Shown in pieces: positions 18,313-27,003 of a DNA stretch of 32,550 bases (positions within the stretch are counted from its first letter, which is position 1; each line of letters begins with the position of its first letter). The notes under the pieces are model-generated. The model worked only from the letters and a program-made list of their open reading frames with translations, was not told where the DNA came from and did no database searches. The DNA comes from a virus (taxonomy: Duplodnaviria > Caudoviricetes): the IMG/VR virus record IMGVR_UViG_3300037424_001532, positions 1 to 32,550 of that record. One strand, written 5' to 3'. The position numbers and the translations under genes are program-made.

Positions 18313-19695
18313 TTAACTAGCTTTTCCAGAGGAAAATACAGTAAATCTTACTGGGTTTTTTACTGCAAAAAGATTACCATCGTTAAGTCTTAATTCTAAT
18401 GTATAATCTTGTGGAATTAACCATGAAGTATCTAAAGTGAACTCATATCCTTGCGATGTTCTATCAACAGGAGTGTATGGTATTACATCAATTTCATAAT
18501 CCTCTGCTTGTACAACATATAATCTATAATCCAAATTTAACGGTAAATTATCATCTTGACTATATTGTTGTTTTATTTCAAGTTGAATTCTTCTACTAGA
18601 ACCTCGTTTAATTTTTTCTGCTTCATTTATTCCATAATATCTAAACCAGAAATTATCAAAATTTATTCTATTTGATAGGTTAAAGTTATAAAAATTATTT
18701 GATGAAATCAAGTAAAAATCATTATTTATTTCCTTAGTTATGCTATTTTGTTGTATTGTCCACACATCTGAAAATAAAACACTATCAGGATAATCATCAG
18801 AAGATATGTTAATACTTACCTTATATGCATCATTTCTTACTTTTTGAATTGAATCACCAGTTATTGTAAGTACTTTAGTGCCTAAATAATCAATAATATC
18901 TACCTTAATTGGTGTAATTGGTCGTGTTGGATATATATAAAGATCGTTATCTTTATCTAAATAAAAGTAATTTCTATCATCTTCTATTTGGTTGTTATAT
19001 CTTGTTTCAACGTATGGTTCAAAAAAAGTATTTGTATTTTTTACAAAAAAAGCAACCGCTTGTCTATATTTAGTAACTAAAGATTCTAAATTAGAAGGAA
19101 ATTTTAAACCCAGGCCAAACGTGGTTCCACTAAATGTCCCACCTGAAATTCCTAATCTATAATTAATATAATCAGTAATATCTAATTCAATGCTTTCACT
19201 ACCCTTTTGAAATTCTTGTTGAGCAATTATTGTTGTAGCACTAGTAACTGCTCCTTCAACAGTCCAAGCTACATTTGTTTTTCTATCGTACCAATTAACT
19301 GCTTGATGAGGTATTAATGGATATCTATCGTCATCATATACAAAATCATAACCATTTCCTTCATCCCAATCTTCATCAACATTAAACAATTCTAAATTAA
19401 ACGCACCTGTTCTTTGTACATTGTCATAATTTATAAATTTACCTCCCAACAAATCGGGTCTTGTAGTTATTGTATTCGTAATTATTAAAGTATGACTTTG
19501 AATTTGAGAAGAACTAATTTCACCACTAGATATTTTAGCCATTAATGACGATAAATCCAAATCAAATATGAACCTACTTACTTCAGCATTTGGGGTGCCA
19601 TATGATATCTCTGTTACTGGATTTTGCGAATTATTTGTTTCATTATTCTCTATTAAAGTATCATTTTTTAAGAAATAAGTTCGAAATAACCCCAT
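18313..19695 (-). CDS. Putative virion structural protein (460 aa)
   Basis: Beta-rich, acidic ORF preceded by the late-promoter-like motif; no catalytic motif recognised. Confidence 0.55.
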   Translation of the reverse strand: MGLFRTYFLKNDTLIENNETNNSQNPVTEISYGTPNAEVSRFIFDLDLSSLMAKISSGEISSSQIQSHTLIITNTITTRPDLLGGKFINYDNVQRTGAFNLELFNVDEDWDEGNGYDFVYDDDRYPLIPHQAVNWYDRKTNVAWTVEGAVTSATTIIAQQEFQKGSESIELDITDYINYRLGISGGTFSGTTFGLGLKFPSNLESLVTKYRQAVAFFVKNTNTFFEPYVETRYNNQIEDDRNYFYLDKDNDLYIYPTRPITPIKVDIIDYLGTKVLTITGDSIQKVRNDAYKVSINISSDDYPDSVLFSDVWTIQQNSITKEINNDFYLISSNNFYNFNLSNRINFDNFWFRYYGINEAEKIKRGSSRRIQLEIKQQYSQDDNLPLNLDYRLYVVQAEDYEIDVIPYTPVDRTSQGYEFTLDTSWLIPQDYTLELRLNDGNLFAVKNPVRFTVFSSGKAS

Positions 19696-19710
19696 AATTT
19701 AAATTGTTTA

Positions 19711-21462
19711 TTATAAATACTTATTAGTAAATATAAATTTCATATTTCCACTATCGTATATTTTATACATACCAATTTCATGTAAAATCTCAAATTCTGT
19801 TTTATTAGAATCGAACCCATATTTAATTAAGATATCTTTTCTATAATTAAATCTGTGATGTCTTATCATTTGATTTGGTTTAAAAACAAAATAGCTTGGT
19901 GGATTTTTTTTTATTAAATCAAAACCTAAAATTTCATATAAACCACCATTACTATACCTCCTATCTGCAAAACTAATAACTTCTTTAGGTTGATAATTCT
20001 TAATGAAATATTTAAATAATTTGCTTGCACCTCCTATTACATTTGTATCTAATTTGTTACAAAATCTATTCAATTCAAAAGAATTCTCTTGTATTGCTAT
20101 TGATTTTCTTGATTTTATAAACGTCATTAACGAAACCATTTCATTTTCATGAAATAATCCTAATTTAAATTTAGATTTTACATATCCTTGTATGTGATTT
20201 TTATCTAAAAAGTCTCTAACTAATTTATTATCAATTATTTCTTTAACAATGGTTTTTCTAGCAAAAATCTTATTTTCAGTTAAACCTAATTTATTTTTTA
20301 TCATGGATTTAACAATATCTGACTTATAAACCCATTCATCTTCAAAAATATGAATTAATTGGATTCCTTGTTTTTCACATTCAATTGTTTTATTATAATG
20401 ATAATTTTTATCTTTAAAAAGTTCGGAATGATAATATAAACCATTAAATTCGATAGCAAATTTATGATCTGGTAAATATATATCTAATTCTTTGCCATTT
20501 AAAACATTCCTATCTTTTTTAATAAATTTAATATTTAAAGAACTAATAAAATCAACAAGTTCTTTTTCTTTAATTGATACTTGATCTGAAACAGGATTAC
20601 ATATTGTACAATAATTTTCTATTTTATATCTATACCTATCTCTTAATAATGATTTTGTTATTTCAAATTTATTGTGATGAGGACAATAATTTTTAACTTC
20701 AACAATATCTGAATTAATGTTAATTATATCACTTGGTGTTATATTTAGAATCTTACTCCATTTAACTTTGAACGTTTTATTTTGTGTGTTTATACACTTA
20801 TTAATGAATTCTTTTGATTGAAATGGATTTTCAACACCGTATTTTTTTAAATTAGTTTTTTTTATTTTTTCTTTAACACCAACATTTAACATTTGATGTT
20901 CAACACCATATCTTTTTAGATTAGTTTCTTTACATTTTTCTCTATTATTATAATTTTCATCACCGTATTTGTTTTTTTTAGTTTCTTTTATTTTTTGAAC
21001 AATACCATGATTATTTACTATTGGATATTTCGCACCATATTTAATAATATTATTATTTTCTCTATTAATAACATTAATTTTATTTTTCATCGGGTGAGTT
21101 TTACCATATCTTTTTAGATTAGTTTCTTTATATTTTTCTCTATTATTATAATTTTCATCACCATATTTATCTATCTTTGTTTTTTGTCTTTTTTCTTTTG
21201 TTTGTTTTGATGTTAAATGACATTTATTTGAACAAAAATCTCTATATCCTGTTGAAAATCTATAAAAATTTACTGGTTTATCACAATTTTTACATGTAGG
21301 TAATTCTATAATGTTATTAATATATCTATATATCTTTTCCATCCACGATATGTTCGGATAGTTTTTATTAAATTCAATAATTTCGTTATATTCTTTTGGA
21401 AATTTTATTCTTATTGAATTTTCTACTTTAGATACCTTTTCAATATATTCATCAAACATCAT
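19711..21462 (-). CDS. Free-standing homing-endonuclease-like protein (Zn ribbon, KETNLKRYG repeats, PD-(D/E)XK domain, C-terminal GNAT-like region)
   Basis: CKNC...FCSNKC, repeated KYGDENYNNREK.KETNLKRYG, ELDIYLPDHKFAIEFNGLYYH and ELNRFC...GGASKL...SFADRR motifs. Confidence 0.7.
   Translation of the reverse strand: MMFDEYIEKVSKVENSIRIKFPKEYNEIIEFNKNYPNISWMEKIYRYINNIIELPTCKNCDKPVNFYRFSTGYRDFCSNKCHLTSKQTKEKRQKTKIDKYGDENYNNREKYKETNLKRYGKTHPMKNKINVINRENNNIIKYGAKYPIVNNHGIVQKIKETKKNKYGDENYNNREKCKETNLKRYGVEHQMLNVGVKEKIKKTNLKKYGVENPFQSKEFINKCINTQNKTFKVKWSKILNITPSDIININSDIVEVKNYCPHHNKFEITKSLLRDRYRYKIENYCTICNPVSDQVSIKEKELVDFISSLNIKFIKKDRNVLNGKELDIYLPDHKFAIEFNGLYYHSELFKDKNYHYNKTIECEKQGIQLIHIFEDEWVYKSDIVKSMIKNKLGLTENKIFARKTIVKEIIDNKLVRDFLDKNHIQGYVKSKFKLGLFHENEMVSLMTFIKSRKSIAIQENSFELNRFCNKLDTNVIGGASKLFKYFIKNYQPKEVISFADRRYSNGGLYEILGFDLIKKNPPSYFVFKPNQMIRHHRFNYRKDILIKYGFDSNKTEFEILHEIGMYKIYDSGNMKFIFTNKYL
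19712..19722 (-). promoter_or_regulatory. Putative late promoter (AAGTATTTATA) embedded in the last codons of the endonuclease gene
   Basis: AAG TAT TTA TAA (KYL*), 17 nt upstream of the 19695 ATG. Confidence 0.6.
20905..21162. repeat. 60-bp intragenic direct repeat (20905..20964 and 21103..21162)
   Basis: One mismatch; offset 198 bp (66 codons). Confidence 0.85.
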
Positions 21463-21466
21463 ATTA

Positions 21467-21497
21467 CAAATATATAAAAAACATTTAATTTAAACAA
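21467..21497 (-). promoter_or_regulatory. Bacteroidota-type primary-sigma promoter
   Basis: TTG-N20-TATATTTG ending 4 nt before the 21462 ATG. Confidence 0.7.
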
Positions 21498-21499
21498 GT

Positions 21500-21527
21500 A
21501 AAGACTGCTAACAAATAACAGTCTTTA
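21500..21527 (-). terminator. Probable terminator after the 21562..22551 gene
   Basis: AAAGACTGTTA-TTTGT-TAGCAGTCTTTT hairpin with a short T tract. Confidence 0.55.
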
Positions 21528-21561
21528 TCTAAATTAAAAACCAAAAATCAAAAATTATGAA

Positions 21562-22551
21562 TTATATACCAATATCTTCAACTTTCTTAGGTTTAATAGT
21601 TTCTAACCAATTCATATTTACTCTAAGATCATCATCTTCTATGTTTTCTGATGATTCTTCACCGTCTTCCGTTTCAAATTCATCATCTTGTATTTCAGAC
21701 GCATCTTTTTCAGCGTTGCATTGTGCTTGTTTATCAGGGTCTACCTCGCCATTTCCATAATATTCAGGGTCTTCTACAAGGTGGTCCATAGCAATTTCCA
21801 ACGCCTCTCTTGGGTCGTTTGTGTGTTCTAATTCAACTTCCATGCCCAATAATATTTGTTTAGGATCAAACTCATCGGGTGTTTTATCATCAGCCAAACC
21901 ACCCTCAATATTGTCATCATACCCGTTTTCAGCAGCAGCCATAACATCTACCGCATTTTCTGGTGTTTCACTACCAATTTCACTAGAAATGAATTCTTCT
22001 TTATCTTCTGCTTCTGGCATATATGAGTCTTGCATTTGAGGATCGATATTATGTTGAGATTCAATATCATATCCTGTTAATTTTTTATATTCATTTGCTA
22101 ATGATTTTGCTAATTGATTTATACCAACCTCTCTTTTCAAATTTATATATTTTTCTTTGATATCATTAGCCTTTACTGTTTTTTGATCATTTGTTGATCC
22201 CATACCAGTAGGAGAACCTTTCATTGCTTGACTTCTATATGATGTTGTTTTAGGGAACGCATCATTAAATGAATCCGTAAACCAATTACCTTCTTCAATT
22301 GGTTCATCATCACCTTTAAGTTTTTCTAAAGATGGGTCTTTAACTTGAATATCTCTTTCTCTAGGTTCTCGATAACCATCATCAAACTTATTAGGTTGAG
22401 CATTGATTGCGTTAATATCACCTCCTTTATTAAGATATTTTTCATCTTTAGCTTTTGGTGAATCAAACGATTCATTTAATTTAATCTTGTTAACCCTTTC
22501 CATCATTTCAAAGAGTTTACCTTTGCTGCCATGTTTTTTAAATATTTTCAT
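21562..22551 (-). CDS. Acidic hypothetical protein with DUF5661-like motif; putative head-associated protein
   Basis: GMEVELEHT.DP..ALEIAMDHL.EDP.YY motif; N-terminal KLFEMMERV...LNE. Confidence 0.6.
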   Translation of the reverse strand: MKIFKKHGSKGKLFEMMERVNKIKLNESFDSPKAKDEKYLNKGGDINAINAQPNKFDDGYREPRERDIQVKDPSLEKLKGDDEPIEEGNWFTDSFNDAFPKTTSYRSQAMKGSPTGMGSTNDQKTVKANDIKEKYINLKREVGINQLAKSLANEYKKLTGYDIESQHNIDPQMQDSYMPEAEDKEEFISSEIGSETPENAVDVMAAAENGYDDNIEGGLADDKTPDEFDPKQILLGMEVELEHTNDPREALEIAMDHLVEDPEYYGNGEVDPDKQAQCNAEKDASEIQDDEFETEDGEESSENIEDDDLRVNMNWLETIKPKKVEDIGI

Positions 22552-22557
22552 CTTTTT

Positions 22558-22920
22558 TTATATAGGTTTAGTCATTATATTACCTTTAGTGGTTAAATAA
22601 TCATTTTTCCACTTACTATATGCATCATTACCTACAACTTCCCAAGACCAAGGCAACTTTAATCCTTTTTCAACGTATCCTTCATCTCCAAATTTGCCAA
22701 TAAATTCTTGTTTCCACCACACAATATCTTTTGGTGTTGACATTGTAGTTGCAGCATCACCAGTGTCTGGTGAAGGTAATTTTTCTCCAAGTTCAATTGT
22801 TTCTGGACTGACGTTTTTTATTAAAATACGTGTTCCCTTTGTTGCTTCCTCAGTTATAATCAACTTTGTGCCAGCAACTTTATCCATCATTTCAACTAAC
22901 CTGTTTTTTGTGTGTCCCAT
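22558..22920 (-). CDS. Hypothetical protein; putative head-associated protein
   Basis: 120 aa; N-terminal RLVEMMDKV...ITE resembles that of the neighbouring gene. Confidence 0.6.
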   Translation of the reverse strand: MGHTKNRLVEMMDKVAGTKLIITEEATKGTRILIKNVSPETIELGEKLPSPDTGDAATTMSTPKDIVWWKQEFIGKFGDEGYVEKGLKLPWSWEVVGNDAYSKWKNDYLTTKGNIMTKPI

Positions 22921-23663
22921 TAAAACGATCTTTTTAAATCTAAATCATTTAATTTTGGAAAATTATCAAAATCAGCAACATACGTCCCATCTTCCAACTG
23001 CTTCATACCATATTCCCCTGTTTTACCATCATCTAATCTTGCTTGAAATGAATTTCCTTGCCAAAGATCATTTAATCGATAATAATAAGGATGGGAATCT
23101 TGTTTTCTTGCGGCAACTTTCTCAACATTAGTAGGTTCTCGAACTTCTTCAACTTCAGCAGATAATTTACCCATAACCCCTTTAAGTTCAGCCATAGTAA
23201 CATCCATCATCTTCATTTTATCGTTCATTTGTTCCAATGCTGATAATTGAAGTTTAATAAGTTGATTTTGGATATCTTCTCTTTGTTCTGTAGCACTTGG
23301 TTGTGCTGGTTCCATAGTCATTGGGTCTGCCTCAACGTTAGCATCTGGCACATCAGCAACTTCTTCACCTGCTGCGGGTTGTTCTACTGGTGGTTCTGCA
23401 CCACCTTCTGGTCCACCATCACCAATAGCACCCTCTGCTCCTGTTGGATCATCCAAATCATTTACAGTAATTTCATCATCATCAGCTTCCCCAAATATAC
23501 CTGTATTATTAGCAGTAACTGGTTGAACTTGTTTCATATCAAGTTCATCATCTTCATCCATTTCAAATACAGGACTATATTTTGCTTCACCCAACCTATG
23601 TTTTGAAACGTGTTTTATTCTTTCAAGATGTTCCTGCAACGAAGTCTTGTTCTTCTTTAACAT
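22920..23663 (-). CDS. Acidic, coiled-coil hypothetical protein (scaffold-like)
   Basis: Pro/Glu/Asp-rich disordered middle, heptad region QLIKLQLSALEQMNDKMKMM; TAATG coupling to the next gene. Confidence 0.6.
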   Translation of the reverse strand: MLKKNKTSLQEHLERIKHVSKHRLGEAKYSPVFEMDEDDELDMKQVQPVTANNTGIFGEADDDEITVNDLDDPTGAEGAIGDGGPEGGAEPPVEQPAAGEEVADVPDANVEADPMTMEPAQPSATEQREDIQNQLIKLQLSALEQMNDKMKMMDVTMAELKGVMGKLSAEVEEVREPTNVEKVAARKQDSHPYYYRLNDLWQGNSFQARLDDGKTGEYGMKQLEDGTYVADFDNFPKLNDLDLKRSF

Positions 23664-23676
23664 GGTTGTTAAACGT

Positions 23677-23850
23677 TTAATACTGTTCTCTTAGTAAAAT
23701 ACGACCATCGTTAGTAACAACGGTACGATCAATTCTTTCAATAAGACCTGATCTTTCTACCATAATTTTTTCTTTTTTAGTGTTTTCTATTTTATTATCT
23801 TCAACACTTAAAAAATCCTCTATCGCCTTTTCTTTTTTATTATTTTTCAT
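23677..23850 (-). CDS. Small hypothetical protein (57 aa), below ORF-track cutoff
   Basis: MKNNKKEKAIEDFLSVEDNKIENTKKEKIMVERSGLIERIDRTVVTNDGRILLREQY*; fills the gap between the late motif and the 23663 gene. Confidence 0.75.
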   Translation of the reverse strand: MKNNKKEKAIEDFLSVEDNKIENTKKEKIMVERSGLIERIDRTVVTNDGRILLREQY

Positions 23851-23867
23851 AACGTATAAGTTTTTTT

Positions 23868-23878
23868 TATAAATACTT
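23868..23878 (-). promoter_or_regulatory. Putative late promoter (AAGTATTTATA)
   Basis: 18 nt upstream of the 23850 ATG. Confidence 0.6.
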
Positions 23879-23937
23879 ATAATTTGAGTAAATATCTAAT
23901 TATTAAATTTTTTTCCACCAAAACCATCCGTTTTTAC

Positions 23938-23988
23938 AAAAGTGGCCATTATGCTCATATATCAGATTTGCTGTGAGTGGGTTGGAAC
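23938..23988 (+). mobile_element. Degenerate ~50-bp hairpin mini-element copy D
   Basis: TTTAC|AAAAGTGGCCATTATGCTCATATATCAGATTTGCTGTGAGTGGGTTGGAAC; same length and register as copy C. Confidence 0.45.
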
Positions 23989-24022
23989 TGTTAACATAAA
24001 TAATTGAAAAACTTAGAAATAA

Positions 24023-24667
24023 TTAGTTTAAAATAACAACCATGTAACGTTTTAAATTTTCAAAATACTTATATATTTTACTTTTGGCGAGTAGAAATTC
24101 ACCTCTTGGATCATTATGATAATTAAGATTGTTTTTTAATCTTGAAGTTAATTTTGTGTTTAAAGCTAAAATATCGAAATCAAAATATCTATATAAATTC
24201 AAATCAATACCTGTAATTTTATTGTCTTTTAATATATAAATCATTTCCCCTTTATAATTATAGATTGAATCTATTTCAGTAGGTAAAACATCAAATAAAT
24301 CATCAAGGTCTTTAATTAAAAAATGTAATGGGTCTAAATTTATATAATTATATCTAGGTGAAAAATAATATGAAATAGAATCTACAACAAAATCATCAAT
24401 CCCATTAACATGTTGAGATTTGTTTTCTTTAAATGAAAATTCCCAATATAGTTTATTTGTTATAATTTTCTTTTCAAGTATTGATGCATTTTCAATAATT
24501 GGATCATTCTTATGTATTTCTTTAAAAAAATACCATCCAACATATAGTGTTGGTAAATCATTATCAATGAGTCTAAATTGAATATCTTCTATATAATAAT
24601 TAATATATTGAAGTGGTTTGTGGTTAACCAATTCTTCCCGATATACAATATTAGCAATTTTTTTCAT
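24023..24667 (-). CDS. Hypothetical protein
   Basis: 214-aa ORF, PTLYVGW motif; function not recognised. Confidence 0.7.
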   Translation of the reverse strand: MKKIANIVYREELVNHKPLQYINYYIEDIQFRLIDNDLPTLYVGWYFFKEIHKNDPIIENASILEKKIITNKLYWEFSFKENKSQHVNGIDDFVVDSISYYFSPRYNYINLDPLHFLIKDLDDLFDVLPTEIDSIYNYKGEMIYILKDNKITGIDLNLYRYFDFDILALNTKLTSRLKNNLNYHNDPRGEFLLAKSKIYKYFENLKRYMVVILN

Positions 24668-24686
24668 AATATAGGTGAGTAATTTA

Positions 24687-25700
24687 CTATTTAATCTCCC
24701 AAAGTTTAAAAATTTTAATTATTTTTTCTGCTGCATGACCATCACCAAACGGCGATTCATAATCAATTACATAGTTATTTACAAACTTACTAAATATTTC
24801 TGACAATTGCAAGGGGTTTTTAATTAAATATGTAGATTGTCCGATTGCTTCTGGTCTTTCAGTTACTATTCTACAAGTTAAACAAATCTTATTAAAAAAA
24901 CTAGATTCTTCTTGAATACCACCAGAATCAGTAATAACTAATCTTGTTTTTACTAATATCTCAAGTAAATCTTTATGGTCTAATGGATTAATAAGTTCAA
25001 TATTTTTAGCCGTTAATAAATCCATATGTTTTCTAACGTTTGGATTGGGGTGTAGTGGAAATATAAAATCTAATTCAGGATAATTTTTTGCTATTTTATT
25101 AATAGTTTTAAACCAAACATCCATTATTTCGTGATTTTCTCTTCGATGCATTGTGATCAACACTTCATTTGTATATTCACATTTTTCTTTCCATTCAAGT
25201 AAATTATCTAATGAGGTGTTACCCACAACACTAAATTTACCATCTGTTTGTTCTTTTATTAAATTATTTAATGAATATTCTGTTGGACATAGATGATAAT
25301 CGGCAATTCTTGACACTAACATTCTATTTATTTCTTCTGGATAAGGATTTTCTTTATCATAAGTTCTTAATCCTGCTTCGAGATGAATGACTGGTATTTT
25401 ATGGTGAAACGCAGACAATGCCACCGATAATACCGAAGATGTGTCTCCCTGTACTAAAACATAATCAATATCAGTCCAAATAATGTTATTCATAATCGAA
25501 CCAACAACAGCGTCTAATCTGTTACCACCATTTTTTATGATAATTGATTGATCTGCTTCAATATCTTTTAATAAATCAACATGTTGACCAGTAAATAGTA
25601 TTTGATAATCAATATTCTCCTTATCAAATTCTTTAATAAGTGGTTTTATTTTTAAATATTCTGGTCTTGTTCCAAACGCTAATAATATCATAATTACCAA
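24687..25700 (-). CDS. wecB: UDP-N-acetylglucosamine 2-epimerase (non-hydrolysing type)
   Basis: GTRPE, TGQH, QGDT, HLEAGLR, PEE.NR, HRREN, TDSGGIQEE, TERPE and PFGDG motifs. Confidence 0.9.
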   Translation of the reverse strand: MVIMILLAFGTRPEYLKIKPLIKEFDKENIDYQILFTGQHVDLLKDIEADQSIIIKNGGNRLDAVVGSIMNNIIWTDIDYVLVQGDTSSVLSVALSAFHHKIPVIHLEAGLRTYDKENPYPEEINRMLVSRIADYHLCPTEYSLNNLIKEQTDGKFSVVGNTSLDNLLEWKEKCEYTNEVLITMHRRENHEIMDVWFKTINKIAKNYPELDFIFPLHPNPNVRKHMDLLTAKNIELINPLDHKDLLEILVKTRLVITDSGGIQEESSFFNKICLTCRIVTERPEAIGQSTYLIKNPLQLSEIFSKFVNNYVIDYESPFGDGHAAEKIIKIFKLWEIK

Positions 25701-26362
25701 ATGTTTTTATATAGTTCCATATCAACAACTTTGTTGACTATTTTTATTTGATTCTCATTAAAAGTTTCCATATATTTTTTTTCTTTATAGTAATCAATAT
25801 TTATTGGTTCATTAGTCAAACCACCACCCTTATTTGCTTTTTTTTTGGAAACCATATAATCCTCGTTTTTTCTAACCAAACCAAATTTTTGCTCAATTTT
25901 TTCTAAAATTTTAATTGGTTCAGACACTAAATTATCGTGTTTTATGAGTACACAATTTTCTTTGTTTTTAACATAGAAATCATAATGTTCTCTTGTTTTA
26001 CAATTCCATTCATTTATATATTTTTCATTAAAACCAGTCTTTTTATATTTCCCATAACCATATAACCACGAATATATATCTCTAACACAAATAACATATT
26101 TAATTTTATCGGTTTTCCAATCATTTAAAATATTTTCTCTCTCCACGCCTTTAATTGATTTGGTTGCATCTAATGTTGTTTTATTACCAAACGAATTAAA
26201 TTTAGAATCAATATCATAATTGTTAAAAAAATTAGCGGGGTTTCCATGTTTATAACCAAAATGATTAACTAATACCTTTACATCTGAAAAATTTTTATTA
26301 ATTAACCATTGAACAAAATTAGTCCCTGTTCTAAAATAACCAACTTCTTTTATGTATTTCAT
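25694..26362 (-). CDS. Sulfotransferase-like P-loop protein
   Basis: GYFRTGTNF (5'-PSB-like), GYKHG, VRDIYSWL (3'-PB-like) and IKHDNL..P motifs. Confidence 0.65.
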   Translation of the reverse strand: MKYIKEVGYFRTGTNFVQWLINKNFSDVKVLVNHFGYKHGNPANFFNNYDIDSKFNSFGNKTTLDATKSIKGVERENILNDWKTDKIKYVICVRDIYSWLYGYGKYKKTGFNEKYINEWNCKTREHYDFYVKNKENCVLIKHDNLVSEPIKILEKIEQKFGLVRKNEDYMVSKKKANKGGGLTNEPINIDYYKEKKYMETFNENQIKIVNKVVDMELYKNIW

Positions 26363-27003
26363 TGTAATTTAATGTTTTTTTCATTAATGTTTTTAAATCT
26401 TGATGAATTAGTAATAACATTAAATTTTATGTTTGGATTGTTTTTAATTGTATCTATTACAAATTCTATTGATTTTTCATTACTATGTCCACTCGGTAGA
26501 TTTATTTTATTATTTTTATATGCCCCTTTCCATAAATATTTTAAATTATTATCGGCATCTTGTGGTTTAAAATAATATGGTTTAGAACCAACTTCATAAA
26601 AATCAAAACCAACTAAAGTTAATTCCGTAACATTATATTCTTTTAATGCATAATATATTGCAACAATTCCTGACGATTGGTCAAATTTATATTGTTTAGA
26701 CATTTCTGTTTTTAATGGTGGGTTTGGCTTAACTATTTCAAGTCCATTATAATGTGGTGGTAACCCATTATAACCATTTAAATTAACATATACAATTTTT
26801 TTTAATTCCAGTTCCTCAAGTTCATTTTTTGTAAATGGGGCTGTACTGCGATTTCTAAACTGAACATCTGCTTTATTTCCAACATACTTTTCATATCCAC
26901 GAAATATAAATTTATTAACTACACATATTAAATCATGGGTTTCTACAAATTCACGATTACAATTTAAACAACTACTACCTCTTCCTATAATAATTATCTT
27001 CAT
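26359..27003 (-). CDS. GT29-like sialyltransferase
   Basis: Sialylmotif-L-like IIIGRGSS...HDLICVVN...YEKYVGNK, motif-S-like SSGIVAIYY...LVGFDFY, PYY and motif-VS-like H. Confidence 0.65.
   Translation of the reverse strand: MKIIIIGRGSSCLNCNREFVETHDLICVVNKFIFRGYEKYVGNKADVQFRNRSTAPFTKNELEELELKKIVYVNLNGYNGLPPHYNGLEIVKPNPPLKTEMSKQYKFDQSSGIVAIYYALKEYNVTELTLVGFDFYEVGSKPYYFKPQDADNNLKYLWKGAYKNNKINLPSGHSNEKSIEFVIDTIKNNPNIKFNVITNSSRFKNINEKNIKLQ

Noticed and set aside
5008-23988. CRISPR array made of the ~50-bp repeats
   Set aside because: Copies are kilobases apart, in both orientations and divergent, with no repeat-spacer periodicity or cas genes
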